Source: Eledone cirrhosa
Taxonomy: Eukaryota
DNA length: 64,000 bases
Assembly: GCA_964016885.1 (NCBI GenBank)
Contig: OZ024740.1
Location: 70,618,001 to 70,682,000, forward strand
Reading direction: 5' to 3'
Shown here: in pieces, positions 24,406-37,399 of the stretch
Numbering within the stretch: the stretch's first letter is position 1
Layout of the letters: each line of letters starts with the position of its first letter
Notes under the pieces: model-generated
What the model was told of the DNA's origin: nothing
Database searches by the model: none
What the model saw: only the letters and a program-made list of their open reading frames with translations
Position numbers and translations under genes: made by a program

Positions 24406-25143
24406 ATATATATATATATTAATTTATTAAAATAACAGATTAAAGTTTAAGCAAAGAATCGGTGCTTTCAGCATATATATATTTGATATATATTTATCCT
24501 TATCGAGCCCTCTTTGGATTTTAGTCTTCAAATTTATTATTATTACTATATGTATCTTTACCCTTTCTAGCAGTCTCTCTCTCTGTTAGCCTCTTCCTCA
24601 CCCTTCACTCACTCATTCTCTGTCACTACCTCTCCTCCTCCTCTTTCTTCCCGTTTGACCCGTGAGTAATTCTTTTCTCTCGCATTCTCGGCCAAGCTGG
24701 TCGGAATTTTTTCTCTCTATCGTCTACGATTTCACAGAACTTATGTTTACCGAATTCGCAGACCAGACCCCTTCTTCCTCCCGTTAGACCTGTGCAAAAT
24801 TCCTTCCTTGCTCACATTTCAACCAGGTTTGATGGTCTTTATTCTCTCGTTCACGATTTCACCGAACTTAAATTCATAGAAATCTGGGACTTGTCTCTTT
24901 CTTCCTCACTTTCTGTTGCTTCACCATTTTGTTTGTTTACCCTCGCGTTCCCTTTATTTACGTGTCCCAACGACTTTTTTTAGCCGTTGCTCGCACCAAC
25001 CGGAGGTATATGGTCTTTAAAGCGATGAAATGCCTATGATGGTTGGAAGATCACTGATGAAGGACAAACTTTTTTCATATGTAACCCACTTGCAACTCCG
25101 TAGCACCCTTATTATCATATACATATATATATATATATCACTG

Positions 25144-25229
<86 letters not shown>

Positions 25230-27316
25230 CTATATTCTCCTCTTGATAGTTTACTCTATTTCTTTAAGAAATCTTATCAACGTCATTGCTGAAAACAATT
25301 AGGGCTTTGTGTGGCTAGAAAATTGAATGAAAACTTTTTACAAAATCTAGGGCGATAATGAAAGTTATTTTAACATAAAAATTATTTTATCTTCATATAA
25401 TCAAAGTGTATTCTCTCCCTCTCTCTTTCTCCCTCTCTCTTTCTCCCTCTCCCCATAATAAAGAAAAACAATACTCAATGTGACGAAGGTACTCCTACGA
25501 CTCTATCAGGTGTTGAGGGACTACGGAAAAAGAATGTATTTAACTCGTTATACACGCCGTACCCCACACAGCATATATCGAAATAAATTGTTTTAAAAAG
25601 CAAAATGAAAGAACATCGTGTTTGTTTTTCGATTTTATGTCATTGATAAAGTAATTTGCCCTTTCTAGCTTCAGTAGTTTCTAAGAAACAAAAGCGGACA
25701 CTCAATTAATTAAGTTCTTGTGACAAATATGGTGCGTCGTCACATGGTTGTTGTTTTAGGCTCAACTTGATAGAGCAGACTTGATACATGACATTCTAGC
25801 AGCGAACATCTCCTTTTGTTAGAAGAGTATGTAGAAGACAATGTGATTTGAGTGAAATTTGGCTGCTATCTCCAGCAAGCATTGAATGGAGATGCTGTGT
25901 TGTTTAAAACTCAGCTTGAACTTGAAGCCATACAATATATAATGTGCCCTTCTTTAGTTTTAAGCCATTAGAGAGTGTTTTTAATGAAATTTGGCTGCTG
26001 TTTCTAGCAAACATTGGCTGGATATGCTAGATTGTTGTTGTTTAAGCTCCTGGTTGAATTTGATCGAGATCTTATGAAACAAAAATCCAACTGTGGCAAT
26101 CCTGTCTTTTTGGAGCATGAAGTATTACATTATGTAATTTAAGAGTTTCTACTTTTGGCACAAGGCCAGCGATTACCCCAAGTGCACCACTGGTACTTTA
26201 TTTTATCGACCTCGTAAGGATGAAAGGCAAAGTTAAAGACATTAAAAAGTTGGATAGAATGTTTCGCGATATTCGATCCAGCTCTCTGCAGTCTGAGTTC
26301 AAATCCCGCCATGTTCAACTTTACTTTTCACCATTTCTGGTCGATAAATAAAGTACCAACCAGGACGGTATATTGACATGATAGTTAGAGCGTCTTTCAG
26401 AAAGCATTGCAGTATCTAATCTTACTCTGTACATCCGATTAAAAAGTCCACTTCCAATCATCTGGAAAATGGTAACATGATAAACATGGAACACGTATCA
26501 TTGAAAGAATAAAACAACAGCGAAAGAATATCTCCCTCAAATCATATCTTATTGCCTTGGAGAAGAAGGGTATGTTGGATAAGGCAGTTAGGGGTACTCT
26601 ATGGCTGTGAAAAGGTTGGGATAGTCACGGCTGGAATATCTCTATCCGAATGCTCGATTATTTCAGATCAGGAGAGAAACAAAACTATCACAATTACTGT
26701 TACTCAAGCCGTGTGTGAATCGGTTCGTTTCGATAGCAATATGGGGCTTCCTTATTGGTAATTTTCCTCTATTAGATGCAACCTTCTGTTAATTTCAGGG
26801 TCAGGTCAGATCAGCAGGGCAACTAAGTGGGCCAGTTGGAAAGTGTCTACAGTCTTGAGGGATCTCTTCGATTCAACTGCTAGCCTTTTTATTCTCTTCC
26901 GTTGCCTTTTAGTACAAAATGCACAATATATATGTGTATGGGTATACCCATTAGCCCCATATTTATCCTAGGTACTTAGTACTGGTTATTACGATACGTA
27001 TTTAGCAATTTGAAATGGGCTTACACTTCACATTTGGCCCGGACGTATTACCAACTCGGAGCGGAGGCTACATTTTACATTTGTATTAAGCTTATTAACA
27101 GCTTCGGGCAGGACCTACGTCTGATATATGTCTTGAGACTTATCGTCAGCAGAGGCAAAGGTATATTTTATACGTGTCCTGAGCTGATTACTAACAGTGG
27201 GTAGAGGTACATTTTACATTTGACTCGGAACGATTCTGAACTTTGCGCTGTCCTGATCAGTGTCCGTATTTTTACATTTAGTGAATATTTCTTTCAAGTT
27301 AATTTTGTTTGCCTTC

Positions 27317-27351
<35 letters not shown>

Positions 27352-27385
27352 GGATTTTAATGGATACAGTTTAGTTAAAAGGAAT

Positions 27386-27506
27386 TTATTGACACGTGTT
27401 TCTATAACAGTTACATAACCTGAAAACAGCTGCTATCTACAAAGTATTAGTTATGCGGACATTCAATATTTCAATGTTATTATCAACTGTCATTTCATCG
27501 GAATAA
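27386..27506 (-). ncRNA. Type I hammerhead with 92-nt stem II domain (U4C core)
   Basis: TTATT-CCGATGA-a-ATGACAGTT...AACTGTTAT-a-GAAA-CACGTG-TC-AATAA. It lies downstream of a possible decayed PLE C-terminus (LITHCHQKFSL, about 27600-27640). Confidence 0.6.
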
Positions 27507-28021
27507 TTTTACTGAGGACCTGTTTGGTTTTTATAGAGAATATTAGGAGGGAGGGGTGAAGTTGTTAGAAGAATAGTTGAGGGAGTGGTTTTTTGATAGC
27601 AGTGAGAATTTTTGGTGGCAGTGAGTAATTAGATTCCCATCTGTTGTTTTGACATTTTTATAGAATATATTATTGGTTATTTTTCTAAATCTATAGAAGG
27701 ATTAGAGATAGTATAGATATGCGTGGTTGGTTTTGTGTTTGCACTTAATTAACATTCAGACTTAAATTTTTCTTTCAAGTGTACGTATCCTTTCGCCCAC
27801 GCATTCACACACAAACATATATGCACACCTCTACAAAATACATATACTCACATACACATACTTACATGCTCATACTTACATACATATACACATGCATACA
27901 TATATATATACACATATATACATGTACATACATACGCGTTCATGTGTATACATTTTCATACTCAACTTATCTTTATATACACACGTATAGACACACACAT
28001 ATATACACACATACTCCAGTC

Positions 28022-28068
<47 letters not shown>

Positions 28069-28369
28069 ACTTTAATACATGAATGCACTTACATCTAACT
28101 ATACACATCAAACATATATATATATTTACTTATTTATATACATTTTCACATATATATACATACTTATGGTCGTTTTTAGACACATTCATTATAGCATATT
28201 TGCACCTATTCTCATCAGCATATCTTTCCATTATTAGTGTGGTAATTTAAGGTTATTAATATACATATATATGTTGAGAAGAGATTGTTTTTATATTTTT
28301 CTAACTAGATTGAAGTTTATATAGTTGGGGGTTGTCCCTCTTTTATGTAATATTCAGCTTGTAGTGGGA

Positions 28370-28545
28370 AAAAAGGGTTTTAGTTCGGTGACGGCAGAAT
28401 AATGTTCGTTCAATTCTGTTATTCAGCAATTTCCTCTTGTGTGTGATTATGTAATAGATCTCAAGATTACACAATTTGCAGAAATTTTGGCTCCTGGAAA
28501 AGCTTTGGGTTTTAGCTAATTTCTCCCATTTTAGGGTAAACTTTT
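28370..28545 (-). mobile_element. GIY-YIG C-terminal remnant of a YRDD-type PLE
   Basis: In-frame LKWEKLAKTQSFSRSQNFCKLCNLEIYYIITHKRKLLNNRIERTLFCRHRTK. An inverted 3'-end fragment follows at 28548-28567. Confidence 0.65.
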
Positions 28546-28563
28546 GATCGCTGAATCTTTATT

Positions 28564-28614
<51 letters not shown>

Positions 28615-28617
<3 letters not shown>

Positions 28618-29155
28618 AATAAAGATTCAGCGAGAATCGCATTTTCGGCGGGCAGGAAAAGCGAAGCGAAACGCAAAAATCAGAAATGATACTGGCAAAG
28701 TGCTCAATAGTTAAAAACCAGAGCTAAACAATGTGTTAAGAAGCCATACAAAACTGAAAAGGTGGTCAAGAAGACATTAACCACCCAAGCCAAAAACCAA
28801 ATCAAGCTAAACAGGTCAAAACAAAATAAATGATAAAAAAATAAATGATAACCAGACCTGGACTCCCAGAATTGCTGTTAAAATCCGATGTAGAGTTTCT
28901 GTGACACCTAAATCAAAATACAGTCTGCTTAAAAATATAAGCTTTGTGTATCGAACAAGGATTATCACGTTATCAACAGGTATTTCGCTCTGTACCAAAT
29001 AAGTGAATGACATGGTGGTAAGTTAAACCACGTGTGGAAATCACAAGGGGAATAACCCCAGATTTTGGCAAAGTAATTCAGTTGGTATAAATCATACGAA
29101 AAATAGCATAAATAGCACAAATCGAATAAGTTCTCAACCGAGTAGTTTAAAATAA
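28615..29155 (-). mobile_element. PLE pLTR-like tail (family of 145-553)
   Basis: Homology to 145-553; its terminus is mirrored across (TA)n at 28548-28567. Confidence 0.55.
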
Positions 29156-29205
29156 ACTTATATATATATATATATACCACAACAGAAACACAAACTCTCC
29201 ATCTC

Positions 29206-29243
29206 AATTTTGAAAATCATAGGAACTGTGAAACCGGTAAAGT
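29206..29243 (+). ncRNA. Hammerhead-like motif, U3-A8 core
   Basis: TTGAAAA-tc-ATAG(gaa)CTGT-GAAA-CCGG-TA-AAGT. Stem I is partly deleted here but complete in the paralogue at 62128-62171. Confidence 0.4.
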
Positions 29244-29393
29244 AAATAAATATTCTGAAAAGACTCCTGTTGCAATTTCAATTTCTTTTCCTTATAATTT
29301 TATCCGTGTGGGACTTTTAAAAGAACCTTACTTTCTTATATATATATAAAGTTAGACATGGCCTGGGCCAATACTGACCGAAACCTATCAAAG

Positions 29394-29488
<95 letters not shown>

Positions 29489-29544
29489 TTATAAGCATCA
29501 ACGTTTTTTTACTATGAAAAAATAGAAGTTTGGTACATAAATCC

Positions 29545-29880
29545 TGGAGATGAGAAAAGATGTACATTGCCGCCCATGCGACTCGAAACCATACCTGCAT
29601 TATTCTGTTTCGCTTCTGTTATATGAAGCCTTATAAATCAGGCAGTAGTAGGTATGTAAACAATCTAACTTTTAACCGTTGGGCGAAAGGAAGTTTGAAA
29701 GGAATTTGTACACTAGAAGCACAATTTTTGACAATGAAAAATAGTCAGTTGGGTATTTAATCCCTGGAGACGGAGATAATTTGTCGACTGGCATTGTTTA
29801 ATGGTTAGCACGGTGAAATGGTATATTGCAGGTGTGGGTTCGAGATCTATGGGCGCTGTTGTACACATTTTTCCGTCTCC
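29545..29880. mobile_element. Old inverted-repeat element whose arms contain a tRNA-like segment
   Basis: 29545-29612 aligns with the reverse complement of 29813-29880. The right arm reads TGTTTAATGGTTAGCA...GGTTCGAGA. Confidence 0.4.
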
Positions 29881-29959
29881 AACTTATTGAACTATTTCTC
29901 ATAGGTAAAAAACGTGGATGCTTCTAAATTACCAATTCAATTCATATATACATGTGTGT

Positions 29960-30280
29960 TTGATAGAGTGCGTAGCTCTGAGATCAGAGAATCATTCCAG
30001 GTAAAGCCACTACGTCTCTGAATTGAGAGATCACAGCTCTGACACTATGGGCATGTGGGTAAAATGTATCAGGAAAGAATCGCTGGACATATTTTACGGG
30101 CAAAACCAACTGGCAGGAGACTTAAGGGTAGACCACGAGCAATATAATTGGCTAATCTCACTTGGGTTTCCAGTCGGAGAAGTTGGAGACGGTTGCTTCT
30201 GACAGGACCCGCTGCATGGAGTGTTTGACGACTCTGCTCCCACGACCCGCTCAGAAATAAGTGGGCGTAGAAGAAGAAGT
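29960..30280 (+). mobile_element. 3' end of an RTE LINE (family of 53950-55340)
   Basis: RSQL.HYGHV.KM.QERIA..IL....GRR..GRPR remnants and a (GAA)n tail. Confidence 0.6.
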
Positions 30281-30638
30281 ACCGCAACAACAACAACAAC
30301 AAGTGTGTGGGTGCGTATGTATGTGTGTACGTGCGCTAAATAATTTGGTTTGGCTTAAATTCAAAAATTCATGATAGTGTTAATTCTTAATTTCTTTTTT
30401 CTACGAAAGTGAAAATTCTTTGCATCTTTGATAAATGCAATGTGTTATGTGACGTAAGTGGCCTTTTACCACTCGTTTCCATGTTGTTAGTTTTAAATTG
30501 TTTTCTTTTGCTTGTGATCTAGTCTTATGCAGAAGAAAGCTGATATATAAACATAATTTATTAGAAGCCGAGGTAGTGTTTACAACTCTAGATAAAAGAA
30601 ATTAAGACACACGGTATGCATGTATGCATGTGTTTGTC

Positions 30639-30688
<50 letters not shown>

Positions 30689-30795
30689 GGTGCCCAACGC
30701 AGAAACGTTACAAAGATAACTCATAAAACAGGGTGACCCCCCCCCCCCCACCACCACCACCACCCAAAAAAACGGAAAAAGAAGTTGCCATCGAC

Positions 30796-30859
<64 letters not shown>

Positions 30860-30860
30860 A

Positions 30861-30924
<64 letters not shown>

Positions 30925-31365
30925 TGAAGTTGGAAATAGCACGGAAAATATATTTTAGGGTCTGATTTTACTTTTTGGTTCGTCAAAGTGACATTATTGA
31001 AAAGATAACATTATTGAAAAAATGAGAGAGACAATTCTTTTAAAAAAAAGTTTTATAATGTATATAAAGTATATGAGGAATTACCGGTTTCGATGTATTA
31101 TTAAAATGCATCTTTTCAAATGTTGAGTATTGAAATAAAAATCAAAAAGAATTAATAGGAGTTAAAAACTAAGGATTTAAAATTAGAATCAAATGGAGTA
31201 AATTTTCTTCCATCCTTCTTGGTCAAAATTTGGTGGTAAGCGAAGATAGTAGTAGTTGCGTTTCTTCACAGCCTGTGGGAGTATATGATTCTAATTTTAC
31301 TTCCCTTTTCTAATATATTATATTTTTGTTTTTAAAATCCACTATCAATAAATACACCAGGATTT

Positions 31366-31426
31366 TTTCATTCTGATGACTGAAAGTAAATTTTGTTTGC
31401 TTTCAAGAAACCACTGGTAAATGAAA
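31366..31426 (+). ncRNA. Type I hammerhead ribozyme
   Basis: Stem I TTTCATT/AATGAAA, CTGATGA, stem II TGAAAGTAAA/TTTGCTTTCA, GAAA, quasi-palindromic CCACTGG, GUA site. Confidence 0.8.
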
Positions 31427-31693
31427 TAATTATCTTATGTTGTTTATTACATAACTAATAAGCTCTGTAACCTACATAGAGCACTCTTTTTTCCTGGACC
31501 TTTCCGACGGAATTACTTCATATATATATATATATATTCAAAATAGGCGTCGCACAGATAAAGACAACGGAAAAAACGGACAATCAGATTTAGCCATGCG
31601 GGCATTTCTTGAAACTAAGTATATATACATATATATATACGGGTATATATATATATTAATGTATTGAGTACCTTATTTAACACTGGTTGCTTT

Positions 31694-31768
<75 letters not shown>

Positions 31769-31909
31769 AGATACTCAATACATTAATTAGAGAAGAATGA
31801 CTTCTACAGGTCTAATCTGTTTCACTTGTTGGTATCATCTGAATGATTTCAGAGGAATTAAATCATTTCTATCTAATATGAAAGATAAATCAGAATGGAT
31901 GCAGTAAAA

Positions 31910-32070
31910 ACCAATTAGACCATTACTCGATACTTGGAGTGGTAGAGTGTGTAATATGAAGGATTCGGGACCCCGACGGTTGAGATCCTGCCGTTTCAAC
32001 AGTTAGATCCGTTTGGATTTAGCTGTTAAAACGGAGGAGCTCAGCCGTAGGGGCCCAGAATCCTTCATAA
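31910..32070 (-). mobile_element. Diverged foldback PLE-tail module related to 1787-1980
   Basis: Arms 31956-32010 and 32015-32069 contain ACCCCGACGG..GCCGTTTC. Confidence 0.6.
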
Positions 32071-32198
32071 TATAAATCATATATATATAAATGAAACATA
32101 ACGCAGAATAACACTATACAATTATGATCTATTAGTTTAATGCTTGATATAGTAAGAAAATAGCCTTGACATTTTTGAGGTTACCATTCTATTGAAAT

Positions 32199-32281
<83 letters not shown>

Positions 32282-32463
32282 TTTGGAACAGAGCAAAATA
32301 AATAGGTAGGTAGACGATAGAAAGAAAACGGGGGACAGCTTGACAGGAGAGAAAGTAAGTATTGTTAGTCAGTCATCTTGAACCATTGTCTTATGAAGAC
32401 AATGGTCTTCTGAAGAAAAAAAATTGACATAATTCAAATGTTTACATTACAATAACATTATTT

Positions 32464-32651
32464 GGTGGATTGGCAGTATCAGTAGAGGGTCGGACGCCAT
32501 GCTTTCCAGCATAGTTACGTCCCTTTACGATCTGAGTTCAAATCCCGCTGAGGTTGAATTTGCCTTTCATCCTTACGGGGTCGATAAAATAAAATACCAG
32601 TAATGTACTGGGTAATTGCTGGCCTTGTGCCTAAAGTAGAAACAATTATTT
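32464..32651 (+). mobile_element. tRNA-derived SINE, full length
   Basis: Same family as 9692-9873; possible TSD ATTATTT at 32457-32463 and 32645-32651. Confidence 0.85.
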
Positions 32652-32689
32652 CATGGAATGGTCTTCCATCGGTTTCGATAAAGATTGGT

Positions 32690-32998
32690 CGAGTTGTTCT
32701 ATCAGGGGAACAGCCTATTGGTGAAACTAATTTGAAAGTAAGTGGTTGAGTATTCCACAAACACGTGTTTCCTTGACGTATTCTCAGGGATATTCGTCGT
32801 AACAGATTGTGACAACGCTGGGCATTTGAATTACAAGTACAGTTCCTCGGACGAACCTCCACACATTTTTTCCATCAACCAAATATTCACTCACATATTC
32901 GATGTCGAGGCAAGATACTTGCCCATGATGCCATGCAGTGTGATCGAACCAGGGACCTTTTGGCTGCAAAGCGAACTTCTTAACTATTCGGCTATGCT
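32690..32998 (-). mobile_element. Older tRNA-derived SINE family
   Basis: Minus strand starts ATAGCCGAATAGTTAAG..GGTTCGATCAC. Related bodies at about 21250-21460 and 46480-46740. Confidence 0.5.
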
Positions 32999-33089
32999 GC
33001 ATCCACATCCTTGTATACGAATAATTATATAAAGTGGTTGTTGTAAAATTTTCAGTTGCTTTATGTGACTTGCTAGTAAACAAATACAT

Positions 33090-33193
<104 letters not shown>

Positions 33194-33308
33194 CATATAC
33201 GCACACACACACACACATGTATATATATATATATATATATATACATACACGCACACGGACACACATATATATATATATATATATACACACACATATAAAT
33301 ATACACAC

Positions 33309-33380
<72 letters not shown>

Positions 33381-34634
33381 CATATTAACAGTTTAGGTAT
33401 TATAGAGTTAAAATTCTGATAAGAACTTAGAATGTTAACATAAGAGTTGTGGTAGTTGAAAGATTGCTGAGCAGGGCAATCTAGGAATATAAAGAGTTCT
33501 TAGTTGACATTGTATACTAGTAAACTGTTTCATTATTTAGTGTGAGAGTTTTTTTTTAAGTTATTAAAAGAACTGACTTGTTACATCGCTTCAAACTGGT
33601 GGATTCGAGACATTTTGTAATGTATATATAATGGCCAGCAATGGCCGTTAGCTGATCTGTTAAGAATTCACTCCTATCAGGCTGGCAACATGCATCCCCA
33701 ACCACAAATGCATATGCACACACCTATTTTTAATATGAAAAGGCTGTCTTTTCGTTTCAGTTCAGACAAACAACAAAAACGAAATATGCACTCCGCACAA
33801 TAGTAGTTAGGTCGGACTCCTGTCCGAGAGAGTTAGAGTGACAAAGTCCAATTTCAACCCTTCACTTTCCATCATTGCTATTTTCCGTTCCTGGATAGAT
33901 TCCATGTCAGTTTACTACTTCCTGTTGTCAATGTTCATGACATGACATCAACCACACCTTCCCACTTCGTGCTGGTGGTCACACAAGGCCAAGTTTGGCG
34001 TTTTCTCTTCTATATGCTAATTTGGGTCCCGTTGCCAATGTGGTATTCTACGTTTGGTATTTCCCCGTAGTCGGTATCCTTAAGAATAAGTGTTAATAGT
34101 ATTAATAATAGTATTAAAAATAAAGTACCAGTCACGCACTGGGGTCGATTTAATTGACTTTCCCCACCCCAAAAATTGCTGGCCTTGTGCCTATAAAAGA
34201 AACCATTAATAATAAGGAGCAAGAACGAAGCAACAATATAGCAACATTATGTTTATGCACATGTGACGCGCGTTCCGCAATTGATCAGCTCAAGGCACGA
34301 TCGGTATTGATCACGTTTGGGTCAGGACTCGATAGTTCACCAGACTTGTGGATTCTATCAATGAAAATATCTTTAGGATTGACCATTCTTCCTTTTTCTC
34401 TTCCTCCAAACCATCTATAATACACAAAACTTAAATCCAACGGATACCATGACATTTCAACTGATTATGAATTGGAAACACTTTAAGTATATATAATGTT
34501 GTCGCAAAGATATCTACATTCATTAGAGAATCCATAAATCTGATTAACTATCAACTCCAGAGTCAGGGGTGATCAATATCGATCGTACCTTGAGCTGAAT
34601 GGTCACGATACGGGTGTCACATATGAATAAACAT

Positions 34635-34818
34635 AATTGTTTCTACTTTTGGAACAAGGCCAGCAATTACTCGATGTATTACTGGTACTTTATTTTATCG
34701 ACCCGTAAGGATGAAAGGCAAAGTTAACCTTGGCGGGATTTGAACTCAGAATGGAAAGGGCCGTAACTCTATGCGTCAAAGAATGGGGTCCGACCCTCTA
34801 CCGATACTGCCAATCCAC
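34635..34818 (-). mobile_element. tRNA-derived SINE, full length
   Basis: Same family as 9692-9873. Confidence 0.85.
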
Positions 34819-34869
34819 AATGATGCTATATTGATACTTCGTTCAATATAGCATCATAATGTCTATTCA

Positions 34870-35150
34870 TAATGAGTTCAGAGTAGTAGATATAGAGAAG
34901 GGGAGAGTTTGGTGTTACTTGATATAGAGAGTTGAATTTGAAGGGAGTTCCGTATATTAGATATAGAGCGGGGGAGAGTCTCGTGTTAATTGATATAGAG
35001 AGGAGGAGAGTTTGGTATTAATTGATATAGAAGAGAGTTTGGTATTAATTGATATTGGAAGAGAATTCCATGTAGTAGATATAAAGAGGGTGAGAGTTTG
35101 GTGTTAATTGATATAGAGAGGTGTATTGAAAGAGAGTTCCGTGTAGTAGT
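34870..35150. repeat. Purine-rich minisatellite (GATATAGAGAGGGGAGAGTTTGGT-like units, about 30-40 bp)
   Basis: Tandem diverged units; same array at 46780-47340. Confidence 0.7.
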
Positions 35151-35729
35151 GTGTGTTTTCTCCCAAACTACCAAAACACACATCTATTTGGATATGCGCT
35201 ACAATTTATGTACCGTTTATGTTTATAGCATATCGAGGTTTTCTGACCATTTTAGGGTACAAAGAGCTGAACAAATCACTACAACTAAATTGACCAAATT
35301 TGGCACCCCCAATTCAGAAATGCTTCCACCGCCCCTGGTATGTATGTATATGTATGTTTGCCTGTATGTATATATGTATATCCGTAGGTCTGTGTGTTTG
35401 TATGTATATATGTACACATGTACGTGTGGACCTGTCTATGTATGTATGTATGTTTCTATATTTATGCATGAAACTTTCCGGTTTGTTTTCTCTCATTTAT
35501 CAACGAAATAGTGTTGTCAACAAGCTACAGAATAAGTTGTTGAATAAGTATTAAATAAACACAACTTCACCAAGACTGAATTTAGAAGTTAGTGTTTATA
35601 TTGTTAGTTAATACTTCTGTTGTTGTTGATGTCAAAAAAATGACAACCATTTCAATACTCAGACTGTTATTTTATGTTTCAATTTCAGTTTGTATTTTCT
35701 CTATCTAGCTATCTATCTATCTATCTATC

Positions 35730-35783
<54 letters not shown>

Positions 35784-35786
<3 letters not shown>

Positions 35787-36389
35787 TAGCAGAATGGCCC
35801 GGCGTTGCTCGGGATTTGTTCTAGGGTTCTTATATATTTTATATATATTTATCCTTATCGAGCCTCGTGAAATAAATACGTTTGTTTATATTTTGTTATT
35901 GTGTATGCAAAAATATCTGTACACGAATATATAATTATATATATATATATATATTAAAATAACAGATTAAAGTTTAAGTAAAGAATCGCTGCTTTCACCC
36001 TAAACGGGATCTTCTGAAACTAAAAAAATCAGTCTGTGAACGCAGAAGTAAATATTTCGAAAAACGTTACACACTATATATATATATACACACACTATAT
36101 ATACACACACACACATATAGCGTCATAATGTCGTAATGCAGACAGCCAGACATAGAGACACAGACAGATATTATAAGAGTGAACGTTATATCTATGTATC
36201 TATCTAAAAAGAAAGACTAAGAATTATAGAGAGAGATCGCTAAATCGCTTAATACGGTCCCTAGAGCAGTGAAAATTTGAAATTTTCTTTGCTTAAAACA
36301 CTCACAGGACCATAAGTATTACATGTGTAAAGTTTGAAAACAATCGGTTGGGTGGTTCTCGAGTTTTAGGGAGACAGACGGACATTCTC

Positions 36390-36400
<11 letters not shown>
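35784..36400 (-). mobile_element. Non-autonomous Helitron-like element with nested insertions
   Basis: Minus-strand 3' end CCCGAGCAACGCCGGG hairpin followed by CCATTCTG-CTAG-T. 5' end TATATAAAACAGAGAATGTCCGTCTGTC. Confidence 0.6.
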
Positions 36401-36414
<14 letters not shown>

Positions 36415-36423
<9 letters not shown>

Positions 36424-37328
36424 GTAAACGGAATAGAAAATGCTGACAAATTGTTCACAGTTGAAAAATGGTTTAATTAGGAATAAAAGAGTATTAGTGA
36501 TTGTATGGGTTAGTATTCAGTTGTGGTTTTAAGTTTTTAAGTTTTTACCGGTTGCGCATTTCTAAATGCTTTTCAAAAATAATTTTGAGATAGAGTGTCC
36601 GTGCTGTTTGCTCTGATCTGATTAGTTTTGGGAATTCTACCTGTTTTTATGTTAAAAAAATGGCTCCAGCGTTATTTTTGTGTTGCAAAAATGCTTGTGG
36701 TCAAAACAATTTTGATTGGTCGGTAGAGGTCATGTGAATGTAAAAAGTTGATTTTGCGCCAAGACTGCTGGTGGCTATTGTCGCAGCATCGAACACCTTA
36801 CTACTACTACTACACACACACACACACACACACACACATATTTGTTGTGAAAGAGTCATTTCTCAATCTTGGCGCAAAACCAATTTTTTATCCACATGAC
36901 CTCTACCGACCAATCAAAATTGTTTTGACCAATAATTTTTGCTGGAGCCACTTTTCTAACATTTTAACATAAAAACAGTCTTGGCGCAAAATCAACTTTT
37001 TACATTCACATGACCTCTACCGACCAATCAAAATTGTTTTGACCACAAGCATTTTTGCAACACAAAAATAACGCTGGAGCCATTTTTTTAACATAAAAAC
37101 AGGTAGAATTCCCAAAACTAATCAGATCAGAGCAAACAGCACGGACACTCTATCTCAAAATTATTTTTGAAAAGCATTTAGAAATGCGCAACCGGTAAAA
37201 ACTTAAAAACTTAAAACCACAACTGAATACTAACCCATACAATCACTAATACTCTTTTATTCCTAATTAAACCATTTTTCAACTGTGAACAATTTGTCAG
37301 CATTTTCTATTCCGTTTACCAATATATA
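36415..37328. repeat. Large palindrome: about 350-bp arms (36415-36767 and 36976-37328) with a hammerhead-like motif in each arm
   Basis: Arms appear identical by eye. The spacer holds a diverged partial copy (36867-36978). Same family at 51730-51907. Confidence 0.85.
37164..37200 (+). ncRNA. Hammerhead-like motif, U3-A8 core with GCAA
   Basis: TTT-TTGAAAA-GCATTT(ag)AAATGC-GCAA-CCGG-TA-AAA; conserved at 51759-51794. Stem I is weak. Confidence 0.4.
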
Positions 37329-37357
37329 ATAACTTGTGTGTTACACCTCTATTCTTT

Positions 37358-37399
<42 letters not shown>

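Noticed and set aside
25048-25085. CTGATGAAGGAC as a hammerhead
   Set aside because: The GAAA half is missing; at most a deleted remnant.
35981-36025. CAGAAGA-TCCC..GGG-T-GAAA on the minus strand as a hammerhead
   Set aside because: No NUH site or stem I partner after GAAA.
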